Assembly: GCA_018819225.1 (NCBI GenBank)
Contig: JAHJQN010000003.1
Location: 96,001-160,000 of the forward strand
DNA length: 64,000 nt
Reading direction: 5' to 3'
From: Candidatus Micrarchaeota archaeon
Lineage (GTDB): Archaea > Micrarchaeota > Micrarchaeia > Norongarragalinales > SBBD01
Shown here: positions 38,639 to 48,550 of the stretch, one piece after another
Layout of the letters: each line of letters begins with the position of its first letter
Position numbering within the stretch: the stretch's first letter is position 1
Program-made: the position numbers and the translations under genes
Notes under the pieces: generated by a model
Seen by the model: only the letters and a program-made list of their open reading frames with translations
The model's database searches: none
What the model was told of the DNA's origin: nothing

Positions 38639-40138
38639 ATGGCTAATTTGGAATGGGAGGTCATTGCCGAACGCGGACGGAGTCACGGCATCCACATCAT
38701 CGAAATCGTGATGGAGACCTACCTCGAAATCGCTTCCGGAAAACGCAAGTCCGAGTATACCGCGAAACAGTACCGCCAGGTCGATGCCGGAAAGCAAAAC
38801 GGTCGCGGCATGGGCTCGCGGGACGTACAACAGTACATCGATACGCTCAAGGAAATGGAGAAAAAGAATCCGAATGCGCTTTATGAACTGGCGCTAACCA
38901 GTGAACGCGATGTGGAGGAAGGGAAACGCGCTGCGGATGCCATCGCCAAAGAAGCGTATGCGCCCCCATCCGAATGGAGCGAACTGGCAGAAGGTATCGA
39001 ATTAATGGGGAACGCGTTTAAGGCGCTCACCCAACGATGCTATCATTACTTGATGATCAACAAGTTCTATCCGGATTCCGTTTCTCAAGCCATTGCGCAG
39101 CGCATAAGCGACCCTCACGAACAAGCAAGAATCGCAAACATTCTATTCACGTGCTCGAAACCCACCGGAATCCGCAAGGAAAAAAAAGAACTCCTGATGC
39201 TGGCTCAGGAAATGAAAAAGAACGCTTGGGACATCCATCGTCCGGAAGTGCACGAGCGATTGACAGCCATTGCAGAGCAATATGGCGCCCTCGGCATTTA
39301 CGTGATGTGGGGCGAGCCATTTACCGCGGAAACATTGAAACCCCGATTGAAGGAACTACTGGAAAGCGATCGCGAAAAAATGGAACAGGCATTGAATAAA
39401 CAGGAGCGAGTTTTGCAAGACACCGAAGACATCATGAAGAAACTGAAATTCACTCCCGAAGAAGCCATCCGCGTGAAAACGATTCAGGAATGGGCATTCG
39501 AAGCGAATAATCGCGACGAAGCATACGGGTATATCACCCGTCAGTGCATTCCCTTGCTGAATGAATGCGCCCGTCGATTCGGGATTTCACGGCACGATTT
39601 GCTGGAAATGCGAAAACACGAAATATTAAAACAACTTGAACGGAAGGAAAAAATGGGTGAGGCGTTCCAAAAGCAGATTGCCGCACGCGATGGAGCGCAC
39701 GCCATCGTACTGGAAAACGGACGCGTCCATCTGTATGAAGGGGCGGAATTCCAAGCCTACTTTGAAAAGGAAATGAAACTCGAGGAAAAAATGCATCACA
39801 TGCAAGAACTCCGAGGCCAAACGGCCTCACCAGGAAGCGTTTCCGGAAACGTGCGCTTGATTCACGGCATTGAGGACGTGCCCAAACTCGAGAAAGGAGA
39901 AATACTGGTGGCTACGGCGACCATGCCCGCGTATGTCCCCGCCATGGAAAAAGCAGCAGCCATCGTCACGAACGAAGGCGGACAGCTTTGCCATGCCGCA
40001 ATCGTTTCCCGCGAATTGGGCGTGCCATGCATTGTTGGAACCAAAATGGCCACGCACGTGTTTCAAGACGGGGAGCGCGTGGAAGTGGATGCGACCCATG
40101 GCGTCGTGCGCAAGCTATCCGTTCAGCGCAAATCGTAG
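38639..40138 (+). CDS. Large N-terminal domain + phospho-His swivel domain protein, copy 2
   Basis: TMPAYVPAM.KAAAIVTNEGGQLCHAAIVSRELGVPCIVGT. Confidence 0.85.
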   Translation: MANLEWEVIAERGRSHGIHIIEIVMETYLEIASGKRKSEYTAKQYRQVDAGKQNGRGMGSRDVQQYIDTLKEMEKKNPNALYELALTSERDVEEGKRAADAIAKEAYAPPSEWSELAEGIELMGNAFKALTQRCYHYLMINKFYPDSVSQAIAQRISDPHEQARIANILFTCSKPTGIRKEKKELLMLAQEMKKNAWDIHRPEVHERLTAIAEQYGALGIYVMWGEPFTAETLKPRLKELLESDREKMEQALNKQERVLQDTEDIMKKLKFTPEEAIRVKTIQEWAFEANNRDEAYGYITRQCIPLLNECARRFGISRHDLLEMRKHEILKQLERKEKMGEAFQKQIAARDGAHAIVLENGRVHLYEGAEFQAYFEKEMKLEEKMHHMQELRGQTASPGSVSGNVRLIHGIEDVPKLEKGEILVATATMPAYVPAMEKAAAIVTNEGGQLCHAAIVSRELGVPCIVGTKMATHVFQDGERVEVDATHGVVRKLSVQRKS

Positions 40139-41628
40139 ACTTCAAAGTAAGGATCCGAATAGACGCGCTCCATATCACGCAATACCACGGTCAGCGCGTC
40201 GCAATTCGAGGGTTGCTGCAAGCCATCCACCCGACGCACAAAGTACTCGTACTCTCCTTGATAGAGATAGGCCCGGATCCCGTACGATTCGCGACACATG
40301 GCCTGACGAAAACCATCGATGTTTACATGCGTCATGAATCCTTGATCGAACGCCCGGTGCCAGAAAAAGCGGGCATCGTATTCATGTGCAAACGGAATCG
40401 CGTAGGCGTCGTCCGTTACCATCGGTTCCTTCAGCGTCTGAAGAAACGCGTGCACGCCCAACGCCGCCGTCCGCTCCACAGGAGGCGTTGAAAAAACGAA
40501 CCCTAACGCATTCGAATAGGAATCGTAATATGGATACTGGACGACCGCGTTCAGGAACAAGAGGACCGCCAGAGCGATCGCCACTTGTTTTTGGAGAGCG
40601 GAAGCGTGGGCGAACGCCCAACCCGACAACAGGGCGAGAAATGGCCATAAAACGAGTGCGTGACGGAAGAACGGATACGGATTGAATGCAATGGAAATCA
40701 AAAAAACAACGAGAAAGATCATCAACGCCCAGACCCGAGTATCGCGAACCCGAGACTTCCACACTAAATACAAGGAAAGGAATCCCAAGAAGTAGAGCAA
40801 GGGCTCGGTGCGCGTCAGCGTGACGAGTAACAGATTCAAGTTCAGGGAATGGTTGCCTTCAAAATAGAATCGTAGAGCGTACAAGACTTTCTCCCGCGAA
40901 TAAGAAACCGCGATAAAAATCGTCAACACGAGCCCCAGTCCGCCCCAAAGCCGCGCATCCCACTTCTTTTCCCCGAAATAGCGCAACAGTTCCATCAAAC
41001 CAATGAACACGACGGCGGAAAAGCCGTAGAATTTTGAGCTCACCGAGGCCAACAACAAGACCGATAAAAGAACCAGTCGCGGTACATCCCGTTTGGGCGC
41101 GTACTCAAATAAGTAAACCAGTATGGCTGCCGTGAAAAAGAAAAGAAACACCATTTCCAGCATCACGGCATTCGAAAAAAGCAATAGGTTGGGAGAAAAC
41201 AGCATGATGAATAACGGGAGGAGCGCGGGAACCGGGCCCAGCCAGCGTCTCGCGATGAAATAAACGAGTAAGGCGAGCAACAACGAGAAAATCAACGATA
41301 CGAGACGCATGGACGGTAACACCGCCCACACCATCTCCTCAACGAACGGAACCGGGGGAATCGCGGAATAAGCGGTTCCCATGCGACTGAACTCGTCCGC
41401 GTTTAATGCCATGAATTGCGTCGGTAAACCCAAGAACCATTTCGCGAGCGGCGGGTGCTCGGGATTCGGATCCGCACTTAAAAAACGATGTTGGTTCTCA
41501 ATAGAGAAAAACGCGTACAACACCTCGTCGTTCATCGGCAACAAGTAGAGGTCCGCGCGAAACAGGACGCCGGCGAGCAAAAAAACCATCAGGAGAACCC
41601 GCGCATTTTTTTCAGGGGAAAAGCGCAT
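40123..41628 (-). CDS. GT-C (PMT/ArnT-like) glycosyltransferase, paralog A
   Basis: LPMNDEVLYA...EHPPLAKW, SNAVML, YPYYDSY..PPVER. Confidence 0.8.
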   Translation of the reverse strand: MRFSPEKNARVLLMVFLLAGVLFRADLYLLPMNDEVLYAFFSIENQHRFLSADPNPEHPPLAKWFLGLPTQFMALNADEFSRMGTAYSAIPPVPFVEEMVWAVLPSMRLVSLIFSLLLALLVYFIARRWLGPVPALLPLFIMLFSPNLLLFSNAVMLEMVFLFFFTAAILVYLFEYAPKRDVPRLVLLSVLLLASVSSKFYGFSAVVFIGLMELLRYFGEKKWDARLWGGLGLVLTIFIAVSYSREKVLYALRFYFEGNHSLNLNLLLVTLTRTEPLLYFLGFLSLYLVWKSRVRDTRVWALMIFLVVFLISIAFNPYPFFRHALVLWPFLALLSGWAFAHASALQKQVAIALAVLLFLNAVVQYPYYDSYSNALGFVFSTPPVERTAALGVHAFLQTLKEPMVTDDAYAIPFAHEYDARFFWHRAFDQGFMTHVNIDGFRQAMCRESYGIRAYLYQGEYEYFVRRVDGLQQPSNCDALTVVLRDMERVYSDPYFEVYDLR

Positions 41629-41642
41629 AAGGCATCTCCAGA

Positions 41643-43145
41643 CTATCGAAGCGTATACACGCGGAAATTCGCGTCTTGATATACGACGTTTAGTTGATCC
41701 AACAAGCTGTACAATCCATCGCAGTTACGCGGTTCCTGCAAGCCATCCGTACGTCGAACAAAGTACACGGCGCCGGAATCCCACAGGTACTGAGTCAACC
41801 GCGGATGATGGAAGCAAATGGGTTGACCAAAAGCAATCACGTCGGAGACCTCGAGCTGGCCGTTTTCCCACGCATACCGCCACCAGAACGTCGCATTGTA
41901 CTGAAACGAAAACGGCAAATGATACGGATCATCCGTAGCGATGGGTTCTGGCACGTTCGAAAGGAACGCGTGCACCCCGAGAACGGGCGAGCGCTCCACA
42001 GGAGGCGTTTGAATGATCCGACCCAACGGATTCACATACGAATCGTAATACGGATAATAATAGAAAGCGTTCACGAGCATGAGAACCCCGAACGCCAACG
42101 CCAGCTTTCGCTGCAAGCCGTTCGCATGAATAAACCCCCATCCCGCTAACAACGCGAGAAACGGCCACAAAATCAACGAGTAGCGGAAGTGCGGCCACGG
42201 ATTGAAAATAACGGAAACAAAAAACAGGCCCACCAAAACGAACAACGAGACCGCATGCCCATCGCGTTTCCCGTGCTTCCAGAAGAAAAATACCGCGAGC
42301 CCTACCAGGAAGAAGACCAAGAGCTCGATGCGAGCCAGAGTCACGAGCAACAAATCCGCGTTCAATGAAACGGAACCGCTCACGTAATGCTGAAACGCCC
42401 ACATCACTTTAAACAACGGATAAGAAACCGCGAGAAATGCGGCCGCGGTAATCCATACGGAAATCAGCAGCCAGTCATCCACCTCTTTTGTTTTAATGAA
42501 ACGAATCACTTCAAACAAGAGAATGACGCCTAACGCGTAAAAACCATTAAACTTGGCGCTCATGGCCGCAAACAAGAGAATCGCCAGCACGATTCGACGG
42601 GGCCAATCGCGTTTTCCGGAATACTCGAACAAGTAGAACAGAATACACGTCGTGAAAAAGAACAGGAATACCATGTCGAGCATGACGGCATTCGAAAACA
42701 AGGAAAGGCTGGGGGAAAACATCATCACGAAAAAGGCCACGAGTCCTCCTTCCAAACCCAACCATCGCTTCGCGAAAAGAAAAACCGCGAGCGCCAACAA
42801 CACGGAGAAGATCAGGGAAACGGCCCGAATGCTTGGAAGAATGCGCGGGGCCAACGATTCGACGAACGGAACCGGCGGCAGCGTCGAATACGTCTTATCC
42901 AAACGCGAAAACTCCGACATGTCGAAAGGAATTCCGTGCGTGGGAAGACCCAGAAACCATTTCGCAAGAGGAGGGTGTTCGGCATTCGCGTCTCCGGCAA
43001 ACCCCCGGTGCTGGTTTTCCATTGAGAGGACGGCGTACAACACCTCATCCGTCATCGGAAGCAACGTGAGATCGAAACGCAACCCGATTCCTAATAATAA
43101 AATGGCGGCCGCCGCCCACCAGTAGTACCGTTGGTCCAAGGCCAT
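41643..43145 (-). CDS. GT-C (PMT/ArnT-like) glycosyltransferase, paralog B
   Basis: LPMTDEVLYA...EHPPLAKW; tandem duplicate of paralog A. Confidence 0.8.
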   Translation of the reverse strand: MALDQRYYWWAAAAILLLGIGLRFDLTLLPMTDEVLYAVLSMENQHRGFAGDANAEHPPLAKWFLGLPTHGIPFDMSEFSRLDKTYSTLPPVPFVESLAPRILPSIRAVSLIFSVLLALAVFLFAKRWLGLEGGLVAFFVMMFSPSLSLFSNAVMLDMVFLFFFTTCILFYLFEYSGKRDWPRRIVLAILLFAAMSAKFNGFYALGVILLFEVIRFIKTKEVDDWLLISVWITAAAFLAVSYPLFKVMWAFQHYVSGSVSLNADLLLVTLARIELLVFFLVGLAVFFFWKHGKRDGHAVSLFVLVGLFFVSVIFNPWPHFRYSLILWPFLALLAGWGFIHANGLQRKLALAFGVLMLVNAFYYYPYYDSYVNPLGRIIQTPPVERSPVLGVHAFLSNVPEPIATDDPYHLPFSFQYNATFWWRYAWENGQLEVSDVIAFGQPICFHHPRLTQYLWDSGAVYFVRRTDGLQEPRNCDGLYSLLDQLNVVYQDANFRVYTLR

Positions 43146-43146
43146 G

Positions 43147-44541
43147 TCAATGCGTCGTTATCCGAGATAATGGCGGCAGCACGACACCCGCGGTTTTCAA
43201 CGGCTTTTCAAACAATCGATACACCCGTTTAAGTTTGGCAAACGTTTTTCCTTCGAAACGCAATGTAATCGCGGGTTCCGTATTCGAGACGCGCACTAAA
43301 CCCCACGAGTCCCCGAGATCCAGGTACACGCCATCCAGCGTTTTCACCGCAGCGCCAAACCCCTTCTTCAAATCCGTCTGGACTCCCTGAACGACCGCAT
43401 TCTTTTCATCGTCCGCACAGAACAAGCGCAACTCGGACGTGCACGGATACTTCGGAATGCGTTTCAGTTCCGAGGAAAGCGGGTGATTCATGACGGAAAC
43501 GAGTTGCGCCATCTTGGCCGCCGCAAACAATCCGTCGTCAAAACCGTAATGATCCGCAAACGAAAAATGGCCCGTGATCTCGCCGCCCAAAACCGCGCCG
43601 CGCTTTTCCAGTTCCTCGCGAACCGCAATGCGGCCGGCCTTGGACATGACTTTCCTTCCTTTCAAACGAGTAATCTCTTCCGGCACGACGAGCGAACAAC
43701 GCAGTTCGTATACTACCGTACTTCTCGGATGACGCTTCAACGCATCGCGAAGGAATAGAATGAACGCGTCATCCCCGCGAACGATATTCCCTTGATCGTC
43801 CACGAACGCGGCGCGGTCCCCGTCCCCATCAAACGCGACCCCGAACTGGGCGTGCTGCCGCTTCACTTCATCCTGAAGCCAACGCAAGTTCTCGACTTGA
43901 TGCGGATCCGGCAAATGGTTCAAGAAAGCGGATTCCACGTCCTCGAAAAGCGAGTGCACCCGGCAGCCCATGAGCTCCAACAGAACGCGCGCAATGGGCC
44001 CGCACGTCCCATTCCCGGAATCAAAGACCACGCGAATCGGTTTCTGCAGCTTCACACGCTGCAATAAATCCGTCACGTACGGCTCGATAATTTTGTGCTT
44101 CCAATGCTTGCCTTTCCTCCCCCGAACATATTTCTGCTCGTGGTAAATGCGTTCGAGTTCCCGCATTTGACCGGAAAGCAAGGGCATGTGACGGTCGTAC
44201 ATCTTGAACCCATTGTATTCCGGCGGATTGTGAGAGGCCGTCACCATGCAACCGCCTGCCGCGTTCTCCGTAGCGAGCGCGAATTGAACGAGGGGCGTGG
44301 GAACCACCCCCAAATTCACGACATCGAAACCCGTTGAAAGCAATCCCTTGGAAAACGATTCCGCCAGCCGGAACGAATGATTGCGGTTATCCCGCGCCAA
44401 AAACACTTTTCTCTTCTTCGACTTGCGTTTGGCTAAAAGCGTTCCAAGCGCTTTGCCAACGCGTTCGGCCGCTGCCTCATCCAATTCCTGTGGGACCAGC
44501 CCGCGCACGTCATAGCCCTTGAAGAAACCCATGACACTCAA
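43147..44541 (-). CDS. Phosphomannomutase/phosphoglucomutase
   Basis: YDVRG, TASHNP, FDGDGDR, GEITGH, RVSNTEP. Confidence 0.93.
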   Translation of the reverse strand: MSVMGFFKGYDVRGLVPQELDEAAAERVGKALGTLLAKRKSKKRKVFLARDNRNHSFRLAESFSKGLLSTGFDVVNLGVVPTPLVQFALATENAAGGCMVTASHNPPEYNGFKMYDRHMPLLSGQMRELERIYHEQKYVRGRKGKHWKHKIIEPYVTDLLQRVKLQKPIRVVFDSGNGTCGPIARVLLELMGCRVHSLFEDVESAFLNHLPDPHQVENLRWLQDEVKRQHAQFGVAFDGDGDRAAFVDDQGNIVRGDDAFILFLRDALKRHPRSTVVYELRCSLVVPEEITRLKGRKVMSKAGRIAVREELEKRGAVLGGEITGHFSFADHYGFDDGLFAAAKMAQLVSVMNHPLSSELKRIPKYPCTSELRLFCADDEKNAVVQGVQTDLKKGFGAAVKTLDGVYLDLGDSWGLVRVSNTEPAITLRFEGKTFAKLKRVYRLFEKPLKTAGVVLPPLSRITTH

Positions 44542-45086
44542 CTATAGTATAACAGCTGCGGCTTGATGTAGCGCGCGAACCCGTAGCCGAGCACCAACCC
44601 GAATACGTGCGCAAAGTTCGCGATATTGGATACGACGTATACCCCGGAAAACACTTCCAGAACGAACCAGAAAACGCCGGCCACCCACATGGGCATTGGA
44701 ATAAAGCTCACGAACACGATCATGTTCGGTTCCAGCGCAACCAACGCCCCCAGAATGCCGAAAATGGCTCCGGAAGCGCCTAATGCAGGCTGCACGCCGC
44801 CCGTCAACAAATAACCAATGTTGCCCAGAATACCCGCTGCAAAATAGAGCATGAGAAAACGCTGGCTGCCTAAACGAGATTCAAGAATGGGTCCGAAAAT
44901 GAACAACGCGAACATGTTGAAGAACAAGTGCGAAAAGCCGCCGTGCAGAAACATGGAAGTGATAAAACCCCACGGCTGCTGGAAAATGTGTTGGGGATCC
45001 AGCCAAAAGAATTCCGTGAACCCGGGAATCAACAATTGAATGAAGAAAATCGCGAACGTGATACCCAATAAATACAACGAGTACAT
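44538..45086 (-). CDS. Rhomboid intramembrane serine protease
   Basis: TSMFLHGG..HL.FNM, GASGA (catalytic Ser), AHV.G (catalytic His). Confidence 0.92.
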   Translation of the reverse strand: MYSLYLLGITFAIFFIQLLIPGFTEFFWLDPQHIFQQPWGFITSMFLHGGFSHLFFNMFALFIFGPILESRLGSQRFLMLYFAAGILGNIGYLLTGGVQPALGASGAIFGILGALVALEPNMIVFVSFIPMPMWVAGVFWFVLEVFSGVYVVSNIANFAHVFGLVLGYGFARYIKPQLLYYS

Positions 45087-45155
45087 GCTTGGACCCCCCT
45101 CGACTGCAACTAATACGCCAAAAGGGTTTTAATGGGTTGGTTCTTTAGAAGGCCT

Positions 45156-45410
45156 ATGGTCGACGTGAGTCTCGTTCTCTCGCAGGCATGGTTCATTCTA
45201 CTGTTCTCGCTCGCCGTTACCGCACTCATTTTCCCCATCGTGTTTCTGGCGGGATTCGCTTACGATATGCTGTTGGAGCGTTACAAGAAAATCCCGAAAG
45301 TCTTGCTCATGCTCGTCGTCACGTTTCTCGGAGTGTTGGCGGCAGTCACGCTGCTGGAAATCTATTTGGAGTTCACGCTGCCGCTCGCTTTTGGCAACCG
45401 CCTCCCTTAA
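45156..45410 (+). CDS. Small 2-TM membrane protein
   Basis: Two hydrophobic helices separated by a basic loop. Confidence 0.65.
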   Translation: MVDVSLVLSQAWFILLFSLAVTALIFPIVFLAGFAYDMLLERYKKIPKVLLMLVVTFLGVLAAVTLLEIYLEFTLPLAFGNRLP

Positions 45411-46177
45411 GCCAAGCGTTCAGAAATGATGCGCTTGCCCAAATCCGTTAACTCGTAATACTTCCACTTGCGGCCCTCATCCATCTTGCGCACCAAACCC
45501 GCGTCCTCCAACTGCTCAAGATGTTGCTTGGCCCCCGGAAGCGAAATCGCCCGTTCTTTTGCGAGCTCGCTCAACGTCTTTCGACGCTCGTGCAGTGCAT
45601 GAAGCATGCTGACCCGCGTCTCCGACGAAAGCATCTTGAATACATCGGAAGGAAATGCCTCGGCAGAAGGCCCCACTCGAAACAAATTCAGGAACAGCAA
45701 TATGAGGATGGTCACGCCCACCAAATACTGGAAAAAGTGATTCGTGAGCAAGCCTCCTGCAGCGCGCGTTTCAGGAACCGGAGCCCGCGCTTGCGTCAAC
45801 GGCGATTCTTCTACCGGTAAAGAAACACTTGGAGACCGGTAAGGAGAAGTCGTTATAGGAGGTCCGGGCGGAACCGCTTCCTCTGAATCGCCTGCATTAA
45901 TCCCATGCGCTTCCGCACCCGCAGTAAATTGAGGCGGCGTAGGACTCGCGGAAACCAAGGCGCTCGGACTCTGCCCAACGGCTTCGGCAACGCTTTTTTC
46001 ATTGGGTTGCGCGTAATCCATCACCGGAGGAGACGGCAACGCTTCAACGCTTCTTGAAGCTGCGAAAGTCAAAGCCGGCTGCGCATCAAAAAAGAATCCC
46101 GTGGCCACTAAGCCAACGATAACGAGTAGGAGCGCCAGAAACGGCTTGCTGACTCTATTCCGAACCGTGATATGCAT
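45407..46177 (-). CDS. Membrane-anchored ArsR-type winged-HTH regulator (TM - Pro/Ser-rich linker - TM - wHTH)
   Basis: C-terminal FKMLSSETRVSML..L.ERRKTLSELA....S....KQHLEQL.DAGLV.....GRKWKYYELT..GK; two hydrophobic helices upstream of it. Confidence 0.85.
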   Translation of the reverse strand: MHITVRNRVSKPFLALLLVIVGLVATGFFFDAQPALTFAASRSVEALPSPPVMDYAQPNEKSVAEAVGQSPSALVSASPTPPQFTAGAEAHGINAGDSEEAVPPGPPITTSPYRSPSVSLPVEESPLTQARAPVPETRAAGGLLTNHFFQYLVGVTILILLFLNLFRVGPSAEAFPSDVFKMLSSETRVSMLHALHERRKTLSELAKERAISLPGAKQHLEQLEDAGLVRKMDEGRKWKYYELTDLGKRIISERLA

Positions 46178-46179
46178 GG

Positions 46180-46195
46180 TTAAGCAACTGCTTAA
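46180..46195. promoter_or_regulatory. Palindromic operator TTAAGCAACTGCTTAA
   Basis: Perfect 7-2-7 inverted repeat between the TATA-like box (46201-46208) and the regulator's ATG. Confidence 0.65.
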
Positions 46196-46221
46196 GTCGA
46201 TTAATAAACGCTTTCAAAAGC

Positions 46222-46237
46222 TTAAGCAATACCTTAA
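46222..46237. promoter_or_regulatory. Second operator copy TTAAGCAATACCTTAA
   Basis: Imperfect copy 42 bp from the first, on the other side of the TATA/BRE. Confidence 0.55.
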
Positions 46238-46332
46238 GCCAAATAGAGCCGGTAGAGCACGACGAGCACGGCAATAAACAATAGAAACGCGGCCCAAAAC
46301 CATTTATCGAGCTCGTTTAACGACATGGCCAT
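46234..46332 (-). CDS. 32-aa single-TM protein (MAMSLNELDKWFWAAFLLFIAVLVVLYRLYLA)
   Basis: Starts 6 nt after the HAD stop on the same strand; clean hydrophobic helix. Confidence 0.55.
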   Translation of the reverse strand: MAMSLNELDKWFWAAFLLFIAVLVVLYRLYLA

Positions 46333-46338
46333 GTGAAT

Positions 46339-47001
46339 TCACTCTTTCGCCATTAATTGATTCAAGTGATGACGCGCCTCCTTTAAATCGTTTACCACAA
46401 CATTAGCGCCATCCAAATTCTGCTGCCCACTTAATGGATTCTTCAAACCAATACAATACATTCCAGCGTTCCTGGCAGCTTCCACACCGTGCAACGCATC
46501 CTCAACGACCACGCACTTCGAAGGGGGAACGCGCAAGTATTCCGCGGCCTTGAGAAACAAGTCCGGAAACGGTTTTCCGCGAGGGATTTCCGAAATGGTG
46601 ACGAACACGGAGAAAAAGCGCCTCAACTCAGCTGCTTTCAGAAAGTGATTTACAACGCGCTCAACGGAACTTGAAGCAACGGCCATGGGAACCTCTTTTT
46701 CTCTTAATGCGGTCAAGAGCTCAACGGCATGAGGCACGCGCGGCATGCCATCGGTTTCCAATAACTCAAACAGCTTCTCTTCCACCAAACGACTCATTTC
46801 TTCCGGGGGTTTCGGCACGCCGTGCTTCCTGACAAAATATTTGCACAACTCGATTTCAGGTTGTCCGACTCGCTCGTACTGTTCACGAGCATCCATCTCA
46901 ACACCGTGCTCCCGAAACGCGATCTGCTCCGCCTTCAGGTATAACGGAATCGAGTCCACGAGCACCCCATCCATGTCGAATATCACGGCATTGAACGTCA
47001 T
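46339..47001 (-). CDS. HAD-family phosphatase (beta-PGM/CbbY-like)
   Basis: IFDMDGVLVDS, VASSS, GKPFPD, VVEDA..G.EAA..AGM. Confidence 0.92.
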   Translation of the reverse strand: MTFNAVIFDMDGVLVDSIPLYLKAEQIAFREHGVEMDAREQYERVGQPEIELCKYFVRKHGVPKPPEEMSRLVEEKLFELLETDGMPRVPHAVELLTALREKEVPMAVASSSVERVVNHFLKAAELRRFFSVFVTISEIPRGKPFPDLFLKAAEYLRVPPSKCVVVEDALHGVEAARNAGMYCIGLKNPLSGQQNLDGANVVVNDLKEARHHLNQLMAKE

Positions 47002-47002
47002 A

Positions 47003-48442
47003 TCACGGGTTCACCTTTCGCACGACTCCTTGTTCCGCATCCACTTCAACGACATCCCCGTCCTTGAAAACCCGCGTGCCGAACCGCGTTCCCACAACGC
47101 ACGGCACGTTCAATTCCCTGCAGATAATGGCCGCGTGGCACGTCACACCTCCCTCGTCCGTTACCAGGGCGTTGCACCTGCGGATGACGGAAACGAAGTC
47201 CTGGCGGGTCATGGAAGTGAACATGATTTCCCCGTCTTTCACTTTCGCCAAATCCCGGTTCGAATGCACGATGCAAGCCTTTCCAAATACTTTACCGCGA
47301 GAACCCACTACCCCCACCAACTCCGTTACATTCGCGATATCGGGTTCCTTGATTTCGACAGACGATTTTCTTATCGCGTCGTTTCCTCCGAAAATCCGTG
47401 CGGAATCGATTCGCTGGACCAGCAGAAAAGCAGTTAACCGTTCCTCGGCCGACTTTCGCAGCCTCGATCGCTTCTCCGACTGGATTAAACCCGTCTCAAT
47501 GTCTTGGTTGGTAAGCAGTGAAACCTGTTCAATACTTAACTGCAGCCTCTTCCCGATTTCGGAATAGAGCGTTCGAAGAGACAGGTTCATTTTCTGGCGG
47601 AGCATGTCCCGGTAGTCGCGCACGAAAACCGTTTCCTTGAGCATTTGAAGAAGTCGGAACAAATCATGATCCGGTTGCAGTTGAAGCCCTCTTAACTGCC
47701 GATCGAATACTTGTTGACGATCTGAAAACACGTGCTTCAAGCGAGCGCGTTCCTCCTCGGGAGCCGAAACGCGCTCCAACTCCTTCCGGAAATGCATGAC
47801 GGAATACGGTTCGTGATTGAAATCGAACATCGGGATGTGCTGATACGCGCGCGTATGCCGTTGAAGGCGGTTCTCCAACTCCTTTTCAGGAAGCTCGTTC
47901 CGGGACATTGCCAGTTCCAGCAAATCCATGCGCTCCTGAATCGCGTCATTCGGTTCCAAAGGCGTTGAAAAATCAAGCAGCAACTCGCCGGCTTTCTTCT
48001 CGTCCGGAACGCGTTTAAGCAGTTCGCCATGAACGGTTTGCGCCAACGGATCGCTGATAAGGAATACGATCCACATGCGCGAATAAAATGCGTTCACTTT
48101 CTCGATCACGTTCGAATAGAAGGACGCCAACTGGGCATCCGACAGCGCGGAAACATTCGTCGAAAGGAGTTGGCGTATCTCGCCAGATGTTATTTCGAGA
48201 AACCGTTGGGCATCCGAGATTAAAGAAGCGCGGCGAGGCCGGTCCTTCAGGAGATCGAACAAACCCTTCTCGTAAGCAGTCCACTGCGCCGCATCCGCGT
48301 AGTATTCCGTCTTTTTTCCATCGAAATAAGCCAGCGTGTCCTGAATGGAGATACGGTAAGGCTTGCGCTCCGGAAGGAAGCCAGCACTCCATTGCTGCGC
48401 CACTTGCACGCCAATGCGCCGGGAGTTGATTTTATGCCACAT
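47003..48442 (-). CDS. Large N-terminal domain + phospho-His swivel domain protein, copy 3
   Basis: ALVTDEGGVTCHAAIICRELNVPCVVGT; ends 1 nt before the HAD gene. Confidence 0.85.
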   Translation of the reverse strand: MWHKINSRRIGVQVAQQWSAGFLPERKPYRISIQDTLAYFDGKKTEYYADAAQWTAYEKGLFDLLKDRPRRASLISDAQRFLEITSGEIRQLLSTNVSALSDAQLASFYSNVIEKVNAFYSRMWIVFLISDPLAQTVHGELLKRVPDEKKAGELLLDFSTPLEPNDAIQERMDLLELAMSRNELPEKELENRLQRHTRAYQHIPMFDFNHEPYSVMHFRKELERVSAPEEERARLKHVFSDRQQVFDRQLRGLQLQPDHDLFRLLQMLKETVFVRDYRDMLRQKMNLSLRTLYSEIGKRLQLSIEQVSLLTNQDIETGLIQSEKRSRLRKSAEERLTAFLLVQRIDSARIFGGNDAIRKSSVEIKEPDIANVTELVGVVGSRGKVFGKACIVHSNRDLAKVKDGEIMFTSMTRQDFVSVIRRCNALVTDEGGVTCHAAIICRELNVPCVVGTRFGTRVFKDGDVVEVDAEQGVVRKVNP

Positions 48443-48550
48443 GCGCCATTTCCCTTCATCCGAATTCCGGACGACGTCAAACGTTCCGAATCACGCGATT
48501 AAAATAGGTTTCGAAGCATAACGCTTCTTCTTGCCCTAACCGGTTTTATC

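Noticed and set aside
48459-48471. TCCGAATTCCGGA upstream of swivel copy 3, resembling the 38577 palindrome
   Set aside because: Imperfect, with different spacing; CCGGA-type words are very common in this sequence.
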